Assembly: GCA_963776345.1 (NCBI GenBank)
Contig: CAVZMH010000017.1
Location: forward strand, 160,001-224,000
Length of the DNA stretch: 64,000 bases
Direction: 5' to 3'
Origin: an uncultured delta proteobacterium
Lineage (GTDB): Bacteria > Myxococcota > Myxococcia > Myxococcales > Myxococcaceae
Position 1 is the first letter of the stretch. The number at the start of each line of letters is the position of its first letter. The notes below the pieces were generated by a model. The model ran no database searches and was not told the DNA's origin. It saw only the letters and a program-made list of their open reading frames with translations. The translations under genes were made by a program, and so were the position numbers. This document shows positions 1 to 11,750 of the stretch, piece by piece.

Positions 1-1181
1 ACCACCACGAAGCCGAGGAGCACCGCGCTGATGAAGAGGAGCGCCGGGAGCAGCTTGCCGCCCTTCCTGCCCTCGCCCGCGTCCTCGATCTCGATCTCCC
101 GCTCCACCTGCGCGCGCGGCGCGGTGACCGGACCGGAGATGGCGCGGGAGTGCAGCCCGGAGGTGGACATCGGCCCGGAGCCGGGACGGGAGTGCAGCCC
201 CGAGGTCGAGATGGGGCCCGAGCCGGTGGTGGTCCTCCGGTCGGGGAAGATGCCGCCGGCGCCGGTGAGCTGGGCCGCCTCGCGCAGGGCCTCCAGTACC
301 TCGTCCATCGACTGGAAACGCGCGACCGGGTCCTTCTGGAGGCAGCGGGCCACCACCGCCTCGACCTCGTGCGGCACCTCCGCGCCCGGGTTCACGTCGC
401 GCACCGGGCGGGCGGCCTCCTTCATGTGCTGGAAGATGACCTCCAGGTAGTCCTTGCCCTGGAACGGCGGCCGGCCGGAGAGCATCTGGTAGACCAGGAT
501 CCCGAGCGAGTAGACGTCGCTCCGCGGGTCGGCCACGTTCCGGGCCTGCTCCGGGGCCATGTACTGGGGGCTCCCCAGGAAGACGCCGTTCTGGGTCACC
601 TCGGGATCGCTGGCCTGCGAGTCCGCGGCGAGGAACGACTTCACCAGCCCGAAGTCGAGGACCTTGACCACGTCGTGGTCGGCCTCGTTGAGCAGCATCA
701 CGTTCGCCGGCTTGAGGTCGCGATGGATGACGCCCAGCTTGTGCGCCTCGCGCAGCGAGCGGCAGATCTGCTGGGCGATGTCGAGCACCCGCCGCCAGGG
801 GAGGGTCTTCTCGTGCGCCAGCACCTCGGCCAGCGTCTGCCCCTCCATGTACTCCATGGCGATGAAGTAGATGCCGTCCTCGGTCTGGCCGTAGTCGATG
901 ACGGTGACCGTGTTCGGGTGCCGGAGCTTCGAGGTGAGGCTCGCCTCGAGGAAGAAGCGCCGCTTGAACGCTGGATCCTTCTCCGCCGGGAAGTTGGGGT
1001 TGAGGATCTTGAGCGCGACCACCCGGTCCAGCGGCGTCTGCACAGCCTTGTAGACCTTCCCCATTCCTCCCGAGCCGAGCGGCGCGAGGATTCGGAAGCG
1101 GTCGTTGAGCACGCGGCCGATGAGCGGATCGGTGGTGCCGACGACGGACGGAATGGGGCCCTGTGGGTCGCCCTCGAGCAT
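1..1181 (-). CDS. Ser/Thr protein kinase (Hanks type) with C-terminal TM segment; runs off the window start
   Basis: Manual translation from ATG at 1181: LGSGGMGKVY, VALK, HRDLKPAN, DFG, MAPE, DVYSLG; hydrophobic LLFISAVLLGFVVV at the window edge. Confidence 0.93.
   Translation of the reverse strand, partial: MLEGDPQGPIPSVVGTTDPLIGRVLNDRFRILAPLGSGGMGKVYKAVQTPLDRVVALKILNPNFPAEKDPAFKRRFFLEASLTSKLRHPNTVTVIDYGQTEDGIYFIAMEYMEGQTLAEVLAHEKTLPWRRVLDIAQQICRSLREAHKLGVIHRDLKPANVMLLNEADHDVVKVLDFGLVKSFLAADSQASDPEVTQNGVFLGSPQYMAPEQARNVADPRSDVYSLGILVYQMLSGRPPFQGKDYLEVIFQHMKEAARPVRDVNPGAEVPHEVEAVVARCLQKDPVARFQSMDEVLEALREAAQLTGAGGIFPDRRTTTGSGPISTSGLHSRPGSGPMSTSGLHSRAISGPVTAPRAQVEREIEIEDAGEGRKGGKLLPALLFISAVLLGFVV
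145..228. repeat. Two imperfect 42-nt tandem units in the kinase juxtamembrane linker (SGPxSTSGLHSR)
   Basis: cgggagtgcagccc...gagccgg begins at 145 and again at 187. Confidence 0.8.
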
Positions 1182-1296
1182 TCGCACGCGCTCCGGGAGG
1201 AGAGGTCCGGACTGCGCGGACGATGAAACCACAACTACGCGCACCCGCGGCAACCGTGCGCCCCGGAAAAAACGGGCTGCCTACATCGGCGCCGAC

Positions 1297-1836
1297 CTAG
1301 CTCTGGAGTGCGCGCTTCAGATCGTCGAGCTGCGACCGCAGCGTGCCGTCGAAGACCACCGAGCCGACCTGGGTGCTGACCCCGCCGAGGACCGTGCCGT
1401 CGATGCGGGTGTCCAGCACCACTTGCTTCCCGACCACCTGGGACAGGGTCTGCTCTAGCTGGCGGATGGACTGCGGATCCAGGGGGACGGCGCTGACCAC
1501 GGTGCCCCGGATGCGCCCGGCCTTCTCGTCGGCCATGTCCCGGAAGAGCCGGGCGACGTCGGGCAGCATCCCGAGCCGGTGCCGGTCCACCATCAGGCGG
1601 AGGAAGTTGGGGAGGGTCTCGGACTCGGGCTGGACGAGCTTGATCAGCCCCTCCACCACGCCGTGCCGCTGTAGGCGGGAGTAGGCGGGATTCCCGATGA
1701 CGTCGGCCAGCTCGGGGTTCGAGGTCACCAGCCCCGCCAGGGCCTCGAGCCGATCGGCGACGCCCGCCACGGTGCCGGGCGCGCTCGCCGCGAGCAACGC
1801 GCGGGCGTAACGGCGGGCGACGGACACGTTCACCAT
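1297..1836 (-). CDS. atpH: F1F0 ATP synthase subunit delta
   Basis: [10 protein letters not shown]-terminus, [13 protein letters not shown]-terminal [22 protein letters not shown]. Confidence 0.92.
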   Translation of the reverse strand: MVNVSVARRYARALLAASAPGTVAGVADRLEALAGLVTSNPELADVIGNPAYSRLQRHGVVEGLIKLVQPESETLPNFLRLMVDRHRLGMLPDVARLFRDMADEKAGRIRGTVVSAVPLDPQSIRQLEQTLSQVVGKQVVLDTRIDGTVLGGVSTQVGSVVFDGTLRSQLDDLKRALQS

Positions 1837-1936
1837 GACGGGCGGGGCGCTTAGCACCCGGTCCGGAGGCCCGCAACGTCCATGCGCGCCCTTGCACCCA
1901 CCGGCCGTGCGCGTGGGACCCTTTTCCATCTCTCCC

Positions 1937-3823
1937 ATGCGCGAACCGGTGGTGGGCATCGACCTCGGCACCTCGACGAGCGCCGTGGCCACGGTGGAGA
2001 ACGGCAAGCCGCGGGTGCTGTCGAACCGGGGCGGACGCTCCCTCACCCCGTCCCTGGTGGGGTTCACGCCCGAGGGGGTCCGGGTGGTGGGCGAGGAGGC
2101 CCGGCTGCTCGCGGTGTCGCGCCCGGCCGACGTGGCCGCCGCCACCAAGCGCTTCATCGGGCGGCGCTGGAGCCCCAGGATGGTCCACGAGGCGCGGTCG
2201 CTGGTGCCGTATTCGCTGGTGGAGGGGCCGAGCGGCGAGGTGCGAGCGCGGATCGCCGGGCGGGTGCTGCCGGTCACGCAGATCTCGGCCATGGTGCTCG
2301 GGGAGCTCAAGCTCGACGCCGAGGCCCACTTCGGCCGGCCGGTGCACAAGTGCGTGATCACCGTGCCCGCCAACTTCGACGACAACCAGCGGGCGGCGAC
2401 GAAGCAGGCGGCGCAGATCGCCGGGCTGCACGTGCTCCGCATCGTCAACGAGCCGACCGCGGCGGCGGTGGCCTACGGGCTGACCTCGAAGTTCGAGGGC
2501 AAGGCGCTGGTGTTCGACCTGGGCGGCGGCACGTTCGACGTGTCGATCCTCGAGGTCGAGTCGGGCGTGTTCCAGGTCCAGGCGACGGGCGGCGACCCGG
2601 TGCTCGGCGGCGAGGACTTCGACGCGGCGGTGGTTCGCTGGTTGCTCGAGCGGCTGCCCGAGCCACAGCGAACCACGGCGTCACGGGACACGCTGTCGAT
2701 GCAGCGCCTCAAGATCTCCGCCGAGCAGGCCAAGCGCGAGCTCTCCCAGAGCGACGAGGCGCGGGTCACGGCCTCCGGCCTCGGCGACCACGAGCCGGGC
2801 GGCTCGCTGGTGGACCTGGACGTTCGCCTGTCGCGCGCCGAGTTCGAGCGCCTGGTGGAGCCGCTGGTCACCCGGTGCCTCGACGTGACCCGGGAGATGA
2901 TGGACGAGGCGAAGGCGCCGCCGAAGGACATCCAGATCATCCTCCTGGTCGGCGGGATGACGCGGGTGCCGCTGGTCCGGAAGCGGGTCGCCGAGCTGTT
3001 CGGGAAGCAGCCGGTGGTCGGCGTGAACCCGGACGAGGTGGTGGCGCTCGGGGCGGCGGTGCACGCCTCGGAGATCGTGGCCCAGGACGGGGAGACGCTG
3101 CTGATCGACGTGGCGAGCCACTCGCTCGGGGTGGGCGTCTACGGGGGCGGCGTCCGGACGGTGGTGACGAAGAACACCGCGATCCCGGTGGTGGCCCGCG
3201 AGGTCTTCCTGCCCTCGAGCGAAGGGCAGAACAAGGCGCGCATCGTCATCTACCAGGGCGAGTCGGACCAGACCGAGGAGAACGTGAAGCTCGGCGAGGT
3301 GCTGCTCAGCGATCTCCGGGTCAAGCACCGGGCGGACACGCCGCTGGAGGTGACGTTCGAGCTGTCCAGCGAGGGCACGGTGAGCGTCCGCTGCATGGAT
3401 CTGACCACCGGGCTCTCGGAGGCGCTGCGGATCACCCAGCGGACCGAGCTGTCGGCGGCGGAGGTGAAGGCGCTCCGGGCCGAGCAGGCCGCGTACCATG
3501 CCGACCAGGCCGCCCCCGAGACGCGGGAGATCGCGGAGTTCGAGACGCTGCTCGAGCAGGGCGACACGCTTCGCCGTGCGCTCGAGGCGGGTGCGCGCCG
3601 GAGCGACGACGAGCGCGAGCGCGCCGCGACGGTGCACCTGGTCGACGACCTGCGGGCCCTGGTGCACCTCGGCCGGACCGCCGCGCTGGCGAAGAACCGC
3701 GCGCAGATGGCGGACGTGACCATCCGCCTGGGAACGCTGGTCGCCGAGGCCACCGCGGGCGGCGCCGCGCCGTCCCGGATGACCTCGCCCGAGGGCGCCG
3801 GCGAATCGAGCCCGGCCGGCTGA
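1937..3823 (+). CDS. Hsp70 (DnaK-like) family protein, atypical C-terminus
   Basis: [58 protein letters not shown]. Confidence 0.92.
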   Translation: MREPVVGIDLGTSTSAVATVENGKPRVLSNRGGRSLTPSLVGFTPEGVRVVGEEARLLAVSRPADVAAATKRFIGRRWSPRMVHEARSLVPYSLVEGPSGEVRARIAGRVLPVTQISAMVLGELKLDAEAHFGRPVHKCVITVPANFDDNQRAATKQAAQIAGLHVLRIVNEPTAAAVAYGLTSKFEGKALVFDLGGGTFDVSILEVESGVFQVQATGGDPVLGGEDFDAAVVRWLLERLPEPQRTTASRDTLSMQRLKISAEQAKRELSQSDEARVTASGLGDHEPGGSLVDLDVRLSRAEFERLVEPLVTRCLDVTREMMDEAKAPPKDIQIILLVGGMTRVPLVRKRVAELFGKQPVVGVNPDEVVALGAAVHASEIVAQDGETLLIDVASHSLGVGVYGGGVRTVVTKNTAIPVVAREVFLPSSEGQNKARIVIYQGESDQTEENVKLGEVLLSDLRVKHRADTPLEVTFELSSEGTVSVRCMDLTTGLSEALRITQRTELSAAEVKALRAEQAAYHADQAAPETREIAEFETLLEQGDTLRRALEAGARRSDDERERAATVHLVDDLRALVHLGRTAALAKNRAQMADVTIRLGTLVAEATAGGAAPSRMTSPEGAGESSPAG

Positions 3824-3896
3824 GCGAATCACCCGGAAGTCGCGCAGGACGCTCGTGCGCCCGTCCTACGTTTCGCGAGATCACGGCGCTGATCGA

Positions 3897-5294
3897 TCAA
3901 GAACCGGGAGGGCGCTGCGGCGCGTTCTCGACCGGCTCGGGCGCCGTGCCCTCCGGCTCGGGCTCCACGCCGGGCGGCTCGAGCAGCTTGTAGAGCGTCT
4001 TGCGGTCCACCTCGAGCAGCCGCGCGGCCTCGGACTTGTTCCCGCCCACCATGGTCAGCACGTGCTGGGCGTAGCGCCGGTTCAGCTCGGCCAGGGCGGG
4101 CATGTCCGCGGCCAGGCCGGCGAGCTTCTTCGGCGCGTCGCCGATCGGCGCCGGGAAGTCGGCCGGCCCGAGCACGCCGGTGGTGTTGAGCGCCAGCGCC
4201 CGCGCGACCACGTTCTCCAGCTGCCGCACGTTCCCCGGCCAGTCGTACGCGACGAGCCGCGCCATCGCCTCCTCGGTCACCACCGGCCGCGCCCCGCCGC
4301 GGGCGTGCAGCGCCGCGAAGTGGTCCACCAGCGCCGGGACGTCCTCCCGCCGCTCGCGCAGCGGCGGCAGGTGGAGGTGCACGACGTCGAGCCGGTAGAG
4401 GAGATCCTCGCGGAACTTCCCCTCGGACACCCGCTGCTTCAGATCCTTGTTGGTCGCGGCGACGATGCGGACGTCGACCTTGATCGGCGTGCTCTCGCCC
4501 ACGCGGCGGATCTCGCCCTCCTGGAGCGCCCGCAGGAGCTGGCTCTGGATCTTCGGCCCGATGTCGCCGATCTCGTCGAGGAACATCGTCCCGCCGGTGG
4601 CCTCCTCGAAGAGGCCCCGTCGGGCGCCCGACGCTCCGGTGAACGCCCCGCGGGCGTGTCCGAAGAGCTCGCTCTCCATCAGCGACTCGGCGATGGCGCC
4701 GCAGTCGACGGCCACGAACCGGCCGGCGCTCCGGGGCGAGCGCTGGTGGAGGCTCCGCGCCACCTGCTCCTTCCCGGTGCCGGTCTCGCCGGTGATCAGC
4801 ACCGGCACGTTGGTCGCCGCCGCCCGGGCCACCTGCTTGTAGACCTCGAGGATGGCCGCGCTCCGGCCGACCAATTCTTGCGGTTTCACCCGGGCGCGGA
4901 GGCTCTTGTTCTCCTCGACCAGCCGCCGCTGCTCGAGCGCCCGCCGCACCACCCGGACGATGGCGTCCACGTCGAACGGCTTGGTCAGGTAGTCGAAGGC
5001 GCCCTTCTGGATGGTGTCCAGCGCGCCCTCGATGTTGCCGAACGCCGTCAGGACGATGACCGGCGTGTCCGGATTCCTGGCGATCGCCGCGTGGAGGACC
5101 CGGAGTCCGTCGTCGGGGTCCGGCATCGCCATGTCGGTGAGGACCACGTCCACCGGGGGCCCGCCCTTCAGCAGCTCCTCGGCCTCGGGCGCCGAGGCGG
5201 CCTCCGAGACCTGTCCCAGCGGTCCGAGCAGTCGCCGCAGCAGTCCGCGGGCGTGCGGGTCGTCGTCGACGACGAGGATGCCGGGGAGGCTCAT
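3897..5294 (-). CDS. Sigma54-dependent response regulator (REC-AAA+-Fis HTH)
   Basis: ILVVDDD receiver, GETGTGKE, ESELFGH, GAFTGA, FLDEIGD, WPGNVRQL, C-terminal HTH. Confidence 0.96.
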   Translation of the reverse strand: MSLPGILVVDDDPHARGLLRRLLGPLGQVSEAASAPEAEELLKGGPPVDVVLTDMAMPDPDDGLRVLHAAIARNPDTPVIVLTAFGNIEGALDTIQKGAFDYLTKPFDVDAIVRVVRRALEQRRLVEENKSLRARVKPQELVGRSAAILEVYKQVARAAATNVPVLITGETGTGKEQVARSLHQRSPRSAGRFVAVDCGAIAESLMESELFGHARGAFTGASGARRGLFEEATGGTMFLDEIGDIGPKIQSQLLRALQEGEIRRVGESTPIKVDVRIVAATNKDLKQRVSEGKFREDLLYRLDVVHLHLPPLRERREDVPALVDHFAALHARGGARPVVTEEAMARLVAYDWPGNVRQLENVVARALALNTTGVLGPADFPAPIGDAPKKLAGLAADMPALAELNRRYAQHVLTMVGGNKSEAARLLEVDRKTLYKLLEPPGVEPEPEGTAPEPVENAPQRPPGS

Positions 5295-6727
5295 CGCGCT
5301 GAGGCCAGGGCTCCGGGTGCCTGTGGGACGCGGGTGGCCGAGGCCGCCGGTCCGGTGTCCGCGCGCGGGCGGTCCACGCTCCGGAACCGCACCGTGGCGG
5401 TGGTGCCGGTCCCGGGCGCGCTGCGGATCCGGAGCGTGCCCCCGTGCGCCTCGACCAGCCGCTTGGTGGTGGCCAGGCCCAGGCCCTGCCCGGGCAGCCG
5501 GCGGGCCTCGGGCGCGCGGAAGAACGGCTGGTAGATCTGCGCCAGCACCGCCTCGGTCATCCCCGGCCCGTTGTCGGTCACCTCGAGCACCGCCTCGTCG
5601 CCCTCACGCCCGGCGTACACCACCACCCGCGCTCCCGGCTTTCCTGCCGAGTACTTCACCGCGTTGGAGATGAGGTTCTGGGCGATGGACTGCACCAGCT
5701 GGGCTGGCACGTCCACGCTCACCTGCCGCGTCAGCTTCCGCTCGATGACCACCCCGTTGAGCGCGGCCACCTGGTCCTGCTCGAGGAGGATCGCGCTCAC
5801 CGCGGTGTCGAGCTCGCAGGGCGGTCCCTCGCTGCGCTTGCCGGCGCGGCAGAAGCGGAGGAGCGCCTCGACCAGCTCAGCCATGCGGGTGGCGCTCGAC
5901 TCGGCATCGGCGAGCATCTCCCTCACGTCCGGGTCGGTCACCGACTCGGAGCGACGGATCAGCGTCAGGTAGCCCCGGAGCGGACTGAGCGGGGAGACCA
6001 GATCGTGCGCCACGCGGCTGGCGAACGCGTCGAGCTCGTGGTTGCGCCGGTCGAGCTCCGCGAGCTGCTCCTGGATGGTGTGCTCCTGCCGCCGGAGCAC
6101 CCGGACCATCGAGGTGCCGACGGCGACCGCGAGTGCGACGGCGGAGAGCGCCACCAGGGCGCCGACGAAGGTGGTCTTGGTCCGGAGGCTCTCCCGCTGG
6201 TGGAGGATGGCCCGTGTCTCCTGGGCGTCCTTGTGGGCCAGCTCGGTGGCCAGTCCGTTGAGCTGCTCGGCGATGGGCCGCAGCTCGGCCTCCAGGTGTT
6301 GCCGGGCCCGCTCCGCCTCGCGGCGATTGCTGAACCGCAGGGCCACGCGCGCGGACTGGGCGAGCGCGCGGGCTGTCTCGTCGAAGCGCTTCCAGAGTTC
6401 CTTCTCGCCCTCGGGCAGCCCTTGCGTGTACGCCAGGCGGGCCTCCTTCGCGTCGGCGAGCGTCTCCTCCATGCGCGCGTCGGCGAGCTGGCGCGCGTCG
6501 TCGTTGGTGGCCCGGATGTGGTCGTCGACCGTGTTCTCCAGCACCGCGGCGTCCACCCGGATCCGGGCGATGAGCGCCTCGCGCTCCAGCGCTGCGCCGA
6601 AGAGCTCGTCGATGCGCGCGTTGGTCCGCAGCTCGTTCCAGAGCGTGAACGCGGTCACCGCGGCCAGCAGGGCGACCACGAAGAAGAAGGCCGCGCGGTA
6701 GCGGCGGAAGAACAGCGGTTCGTTCAC
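5291..6727 (-). CDS. Membrane sensor histidine kinase with periplasmic helical sensor domain
   Basis: Two TM segments, H-box VAHDLVSPL, NLISNAVKY, DNGPG, GQGLGL; stop overlaps the response regulator start; start codon uncertain. Confidence 0.92.
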   Translation of the reverse strand: MNEPLFFRRYRAAFFFVVALLAAVTAFTLWNELRTNARIDELFGAALEREALIARIRVDAAVLENTVDDHIRATNDDARQLADARMEETLADAKEARLAYTQGLPEGEKELWKRFDETARALAQSARVALRFSNRREAERARQHLEAELRPIAEQLNGLATELAHKDAQETRAILHQRESLRTKTTFVGALVALSAVALAVAVGTSMVRVLRRQEHTIQEQLAELDRRNHELDAFASRVAHDLVSPLSPLRGYLTLIRRSESVTDPDVREMLADAESSATRMAELVEALLRFCRAGKRSEGPPCELDTAVSAILLEQDQVAALNGVVIERKLTRQVSVDVPAQLVQSIAQNLISNAVKYSAGKPGARVVVYAGREGDEAVLEVTDNGPGMTEAVLAQIYQPFFRAPEARRLPGQGLGLATTKRLVEAHGGTLRIRSAPGTGTTATVRFRSVDRPRADTGPAASATRVPQAPGALASAR

Positions 6728-6800
6728 GGCGGGGGGCGGAATCCTCTCACAGCCGAGGGGCATCCCGGCCGTGGTTGCAAGCGGACTGTAACGAGGCCGG

Positions 6801-6817
6801 TGGGGAAAAACTCCCCA
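6801..6817. promoter_or_regulatory. Inverted repeat TGGGGA-N5-TCCCCA, probable enhancer-binding protein site
   Basis: Perfect 6-bp arms about 80 nt upstream of a sigma54 promoter, next to a sigma54 activator gene. Confidence 0.55.
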
Positions 6818-6893
6818 ACTCGCCATCCGGTGCTGCGGAGCCCTTCCCCATGGTCCGCCGGCGGATCCGAGGAACGAGTGCGGTTGCGCGTTG

Positions 6894-6909
6894 TGGCACG
6901 GCGGGTGCT
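6894..6909 (+). promoter_or_regulatory. Sigma54 -24/-12 promoter
   Basis: TGGCACG-GCGG-GTGCT (GG-N10-GC) about 40 nt upstream of the ATG at 6952. Confidence 0.75.
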
Positions 6910-6951
6910 GTGCACCCACTCGCAGTTCTCAAACCCCCAAGGAGCAACTCC

Positions 6952-7140
6952 ATGAAGAAGCTCATCGCCGCCCTCGTTCTCGCCACCTCTTTCGCGGCCC
7001 TGGCTGACGACGCTGCCAAGACCACTGCTCCGGCTCCGGCGAAGACCGAGAAGAAGTCCACCGAGAAGAAGACCACCGAGACCAAGACCGAGACCAAGAG
7101 CGAGACCGCGAAGCCGGCGCCCGCTCCCGAGAAGAAGTAA
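6952..7140 (+). CDS. Small secreted Lys/Thr/Ala-rich low-complexity protein (62 aa)
   Basis: AGGAG RBS; signal peptide MKKLIAALVLATSFAALA; mature part rich in K/T/E. Confidence 0.85.
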   Translation: MKKLIAALVLATSFAALADDAAKTTAPAPAKTEKKSTEKKTTETKTETKSETAKPAPAPEKK

Positions 7141-7166
7141 GCCTTTTCGCAGCTCTGTTGCATTCG

Positions 7167-7200
7167 GCGGGGTGGGTTGGCGTGAGCCGGCTCACCCCGC
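7167..7200 (+). terminator. 15-bp stem-loop with GUGA (GNRA) loop between the two small genes
   Basis: gcggggtgggttggc-gtga-gccggctcaccccgc; the mismatches are all G-U compatible; no U-tract. Confidence 0.5.
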
Positions 7201-7216
7201 TGGCACGTTCGGTGCT
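7201..7216 (+). promoter_or_regulatory. Second sigma54 -24/-12 promoter
   Basis: TGGCACG-TTCG-GTGCT, the same pattern as at 6894. Confidence 0.72.
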
Positions 7217-7282
7217 CTCATGTCGGATCGACGCAGCATCTTGCTGTCGTCCCGACGCCGTCACCCAGGAGTTCCAACAACC

Positions 7283-7453
7283 ATGAAGAAGCTGATCGCC
7301 GCGCTGGTCCTCGCCACCTCGTTCGCCGCCTTCGCTGACGACGCTGCCAAGATGGACGCGCCGAAGACCACCCAGAAGAAGGCCAAGAAGGCCAAGAAGT
7401 CGGCCTCCAAGGAGGCCCCGGCCGCCGAGAAGGCCGCCGAGCCCGCGAAGTAA
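7283..7453 (+). CDS. Small secreted Lys/Ala-rich protein (56 aa), paralog of the upstream gene
   Basis: AGGAG RBS; near-identical signal peptide MKKLIAALVLATSFAAFA-DDAAK. Confidence 0.85.
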   Translation: MKKLIAALVLATSFAAFADDAAKMDAPKTTQKKAKKAKKSASKEAPAAEKAAEPAK

Positions 7454-7460
7454 GTCCTCG

Positions 7461-7535
7461 GCGGTCCCTTCAGGGACCGCGCAGGAGAGCGACGGGGCGT
7501 GTTGCACGCGAGAAGGCGTGCGGCACGCCCCGTCG
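7461..7535 (+). terminator. Two consecutive strong hairpins downstream of the small gene
   Basis: GCGGTCCCT-TC-AGGGACCGC (7461-7480) and a 20-bp stem with two G-U pairs (7490-7535). Confidence 0.5.
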
Positions 7536-7666
7536 TCGTCTCGGGGCCGGGGCCGGTCCGGCGTCCCGGACGCCACTCGGCCCCGGCGCGAGACGCTTCG
7601 CGGATGGTGGGCCGCGGCCCGTGGCCAGACGAGGTCAGGGCGCAGTCGCGCCGGCGTCGATCGGGC

Positions 7667-8275
7667 TCAGCCGGCCAGGGGGCTGGCGGCCGGGAGCGGC
7701 GGCCTGGGATGCACCCACGCGTCCACCACCGCCAGCGGCCGGGCCAGGAGCTCGCGCCAGACGTAGGGCGCCCGCCACCGGCCCCCGCCCGCGCGGACGC
7801 CCACCGCGTCGATGCCCGCGGCCCGGGCGAGGTAGACGGCGCGGGGCAGGTGGAACGCCTGGGTCACGAGGATGGCCCGCTGCACGCCGAAGACGCCCCG
7901 CGCGCGCCAGCAGCTGTCGAAGGTCGAGATGCCCTCCAGGTCGCCCGAGATGGCCTGCTCGGGGACCCCGCCCTTGGTCAGGTAGCGGCGCATCGAGCGG
8001 ATCTCGTCGTGGTAGGGGTCCGCGTTGCCGGTGAGGAGCAGCCGCTCCACCCGGCCGGTGCGCCAGAGGGCCAGCGCCATGTCCAGCCGCTCGGCGAGGA
8101 TGGGTGAGGGCTCTCCGCCGGGGGCCAGGCCGGCGCCGAAGACGATGCCCCAGGGAACGGCGGGAGCGGTCTCGGGCGCGACCATGTGCCGGCGGGTGGC
8201 CAGCTCGATGTACGTGGTCGGCACCGCCACCGCCGCGAGCAGCAGGGCGAATCCGAGGGCCGCGGTTCTCCTCAT
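7667..8275 (-). CDS. SanA/YdcF (DUF218) family membrane protein
   Basis: N-terminal [42 protein letters not shown]. Confidence 0.88.
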   Translation of the reverse strand: MRRTAALGFALLLAAVAVPTTYIELATRRHMVAPETAPAVPWGIVFGAGLAPGGEPSPILAERLDMALALWRTGRVERLLLTGNADPYHDEIRSMRRYLTKGGVPEQAISGDLEGISTFDSCWRARGVFGVQRAILVTQAFHLPRAVYLARAAGIDAVGVRAGGGRWRAPYVWRELLARPLAVVDAWVHPRPPLPAASPLAG

Positions 8276-8353
8276 CTTCCGCAGGGCCGCCTCCGGAGTG
8301 CGCAGTGGTTGATTCTGCGGCCATCGGGCTGTAAGGGGCCCCCCCGACCTCCC

Positions 8354-9232
8354 ATGGCCAGCCTTCGAGACATCAGGAAGCGCATCCGGTCCGTGAAGAG
8401 CACCCAGCAGATCACCAAGGCGATGAAGATGGTTTCCGCGGCCAAGCTTCGCCGGGCCCAGGATGCCATCGTCGCCGCGCGGCCGTACGCGCGCGCCCTG
8501 GACCAGATGATCGCGGATCTCGTGTCCCGGAGCGAGGGGCTCTCGCAGCCGTTGCTCACCTCCCGGCCGGTGCGCCGGGTGGAGATCCTCGCCCTCACCT
8601 CTGACCGCGGGCTCGCCGGGGGCTTCAACGCCAACGTGATCCGCCGCGTGGTGCGCTATGCGTACGAGCGAGACCGCTCCACCACCCTGCGGCTCAACAC
8701 CGTGGGCCGCAAGGGCCTGGAGGCGTTCCGGCGCCGGCACCTCGACGTCCGCAAGGACCACGCGGGGCTGTACGCGCGGCTGTCCTACGACACGGCGCGG
8801 ATGCTCGCCGAGGAGCTGACCACCGAGTTTCTCGAGGACCGGGTGGACCAGGTGCTGCTGGTCTACAACGAGTTCGTCTCGGCCATCACCCAGCGGGTGG
8901 TGCTCACCCCGCTCCTGCCGTTCGAGCGTCCCCCGGCCGAGGAGGGCGAGGCGTCCGGCGGTCCCCGGGCGATGGTGGACTTCGAGTACGAGCCGTCGAA
9001 GGAGGCGGTGCTCGACAGGCTGGTGCCGCAGGCGGTGACCACCCGCGTGTACCGGGCGCTGCTCGAGTCGGTGGCCTCCGAGCACGGCGCGCGGATGAGC
9101 GCCATGGAGAACGCGACCAGCAACGCCTCCGACGCCATCTCCAGGCTGACCCTGACCTACAACCGTACCCGCCAGGCGGCGATCACCAAGGAACTCATGG
9201 AGATCGTCTCCGGCGCCGAGGCGCTCAAGTAG
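8354..9232 (+). CDS. atpG: ATP synthase subunit gamma
   Basis: [63 protein letters not shown]. Confidence 0.97.
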   Translation: MASLRDIRKRIRSVKSTQQITKAMKMVSAAKLRRAQDAIVAARPYARALDQMIADLVSRSEGLSQPLLTSRPVRRVEILALTSDRGLAGGFNANVIRRVVRYAYERDRSTTLRLNTVGRKGLEAFRRRHLDVRKDHAGLYARLSYDTARMLAEELTTEFLEDRVDQVLLVYNEFVSAITQRVVLTPLLPFERPPAEEGEASGGPRAMVDFEYEPSKEAVLDRLVPQAVTTRVYRALLESVASEHGARMSAMENATSNASDAISRLTLTYNRTRQAAITKELMEIVSGAEALK

Positions 9233-10714
<1,482 letters not shown>

Positions 10715-10738
10715 CGCCGCCGCCCCCCGCGCGCGCCA

Positions 10739-11332
10739 GTGAGGATCGCCCGGTGCGAGACCACGCTGCTTCTTCTGATGCTCGCCGCGCCGGCGTCCGC
10801 CGAGGAGCTCGGGCAGAGTCGGGGGCGCGCCTCGTCCAACGCCGAGTACGGAATCGTGATGCGCGTCGAAGAGCCCGGGAAGTGCCGGGTGGAGGTGACG
10901 CGGGACACCGACGTGGCCTGGACGCTGCCCAGGTGCGTGGGGGCGGTGGACGACCTGTACTTCGTGAGCAACTCCGGCGAGCGCTTCTGGGTGCTCACCT
11001 CGCTCCCCAAGTCGGTCCCCCCGCCTCCGGGCGCCGCGCCGGTGGGCGAGGCGCAGAAGCGGGCGGCGAAGAAGAAGAAGCCCTTCGATGGGTACGGCCC
11101 GGTGGTGGTCGCGGTTCTGTACGACCGGCTGGGCGAGGTGATCGCCGAGCGGAAGCTGTCGGAGCTGCTCCCCAGGAGCGGCCACCGAAAGCTCCGGGCG
11201 CTGGACCGGCGCTTCGCGTGGCTCGAGGGCGTGCTCGGCGTCCCCGGCAAGGAGCCCCGGGTGAACGACCGGAACCAGGTGGAGTTCGAGACCGTCGAGC
11301 CGCGGACCTGGCGGCTCGACTTCCAGGAGTGA
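10739..11332 (+). CDS. Hypothetical secreted protein inserted between atpD and atpC
   Basis: Fills the gap in operon orientation; signal-peptide-like LLLLMLAAPASA; GC3-biased codons. Confidence 0.7.
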   Translation: MRIARCETTLLLLMLAAPASAEELGQSRGRASSNAEYGIVMRVEEPGKCRVEVTRDTDVAWTLPRCVGAVDDLYFVSNSGERFWVLTSLPKSVPPPPGAAPVGEAQKRAAKKKKPFDGYGPVVVAVLYDRLGEVIAERKLSELLPRSGHRKLRALDRRFAWLEGVLGVPGKEPRVNDRNQVEFETVEPRTWRLDFQE

Positions 11333-11339
11333 GCGCCCG

Positions 11340-11750
11340 ATGGCCAAGCTGAAGGTCGACATCGTCACCCCGGAGCGGCGGCTGGTCTCCATGCACGCCG
11401 ACGAGGTGGTGGCTCCCGCCGCCGAGGGTCTCTACGGCGTCCGGCCGGGTCACAGCCCGTTCCTCTCCTCGCTGTCGCCCGGGCCGCTCACCGTGCGCGA
11501 GGGGGGCACCACCCAGGCGTGGTTCGTCGCCGGAGGGTTCGTCTCGGTGCAGGGTGACACGGTGCTGGTGCTGGCCGACCAGGCGGAGCCGGCGGCGTCC
11601 ATCGACCTCGAGACGGCGACCACCACGCTGCGCGAGGCGGAGCAGCGGCTGGCCGCGCTCGGCCCCGGGGACCCCAAGACCGCGGCCGAGACCGCCCGCG
11701 TGCAGCGCGAGCGCGCCCGGGTGGCGGCGGCCCGTGCCGGGGGCCGCTGA
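11340..11750 (+). CDS. atpC: ATP synthase subunit epsilon
   Basis: LKVDIVTPER, GVRPGHSP, VAGGFVSV, VLVLADQAE. Confidence 0.93.
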   Translation: MAKLKVDIVTPERRLVSMHADEVVAPAAEGLYGVRPGHSPFLSSLSPGPLTVREGGTTQAWFVAGGFVSVQGDTVLVLADQAEPAASIDLETATTTLREAEQRLAALGPGDPKTAAETARVQRERARVAAARAGGR

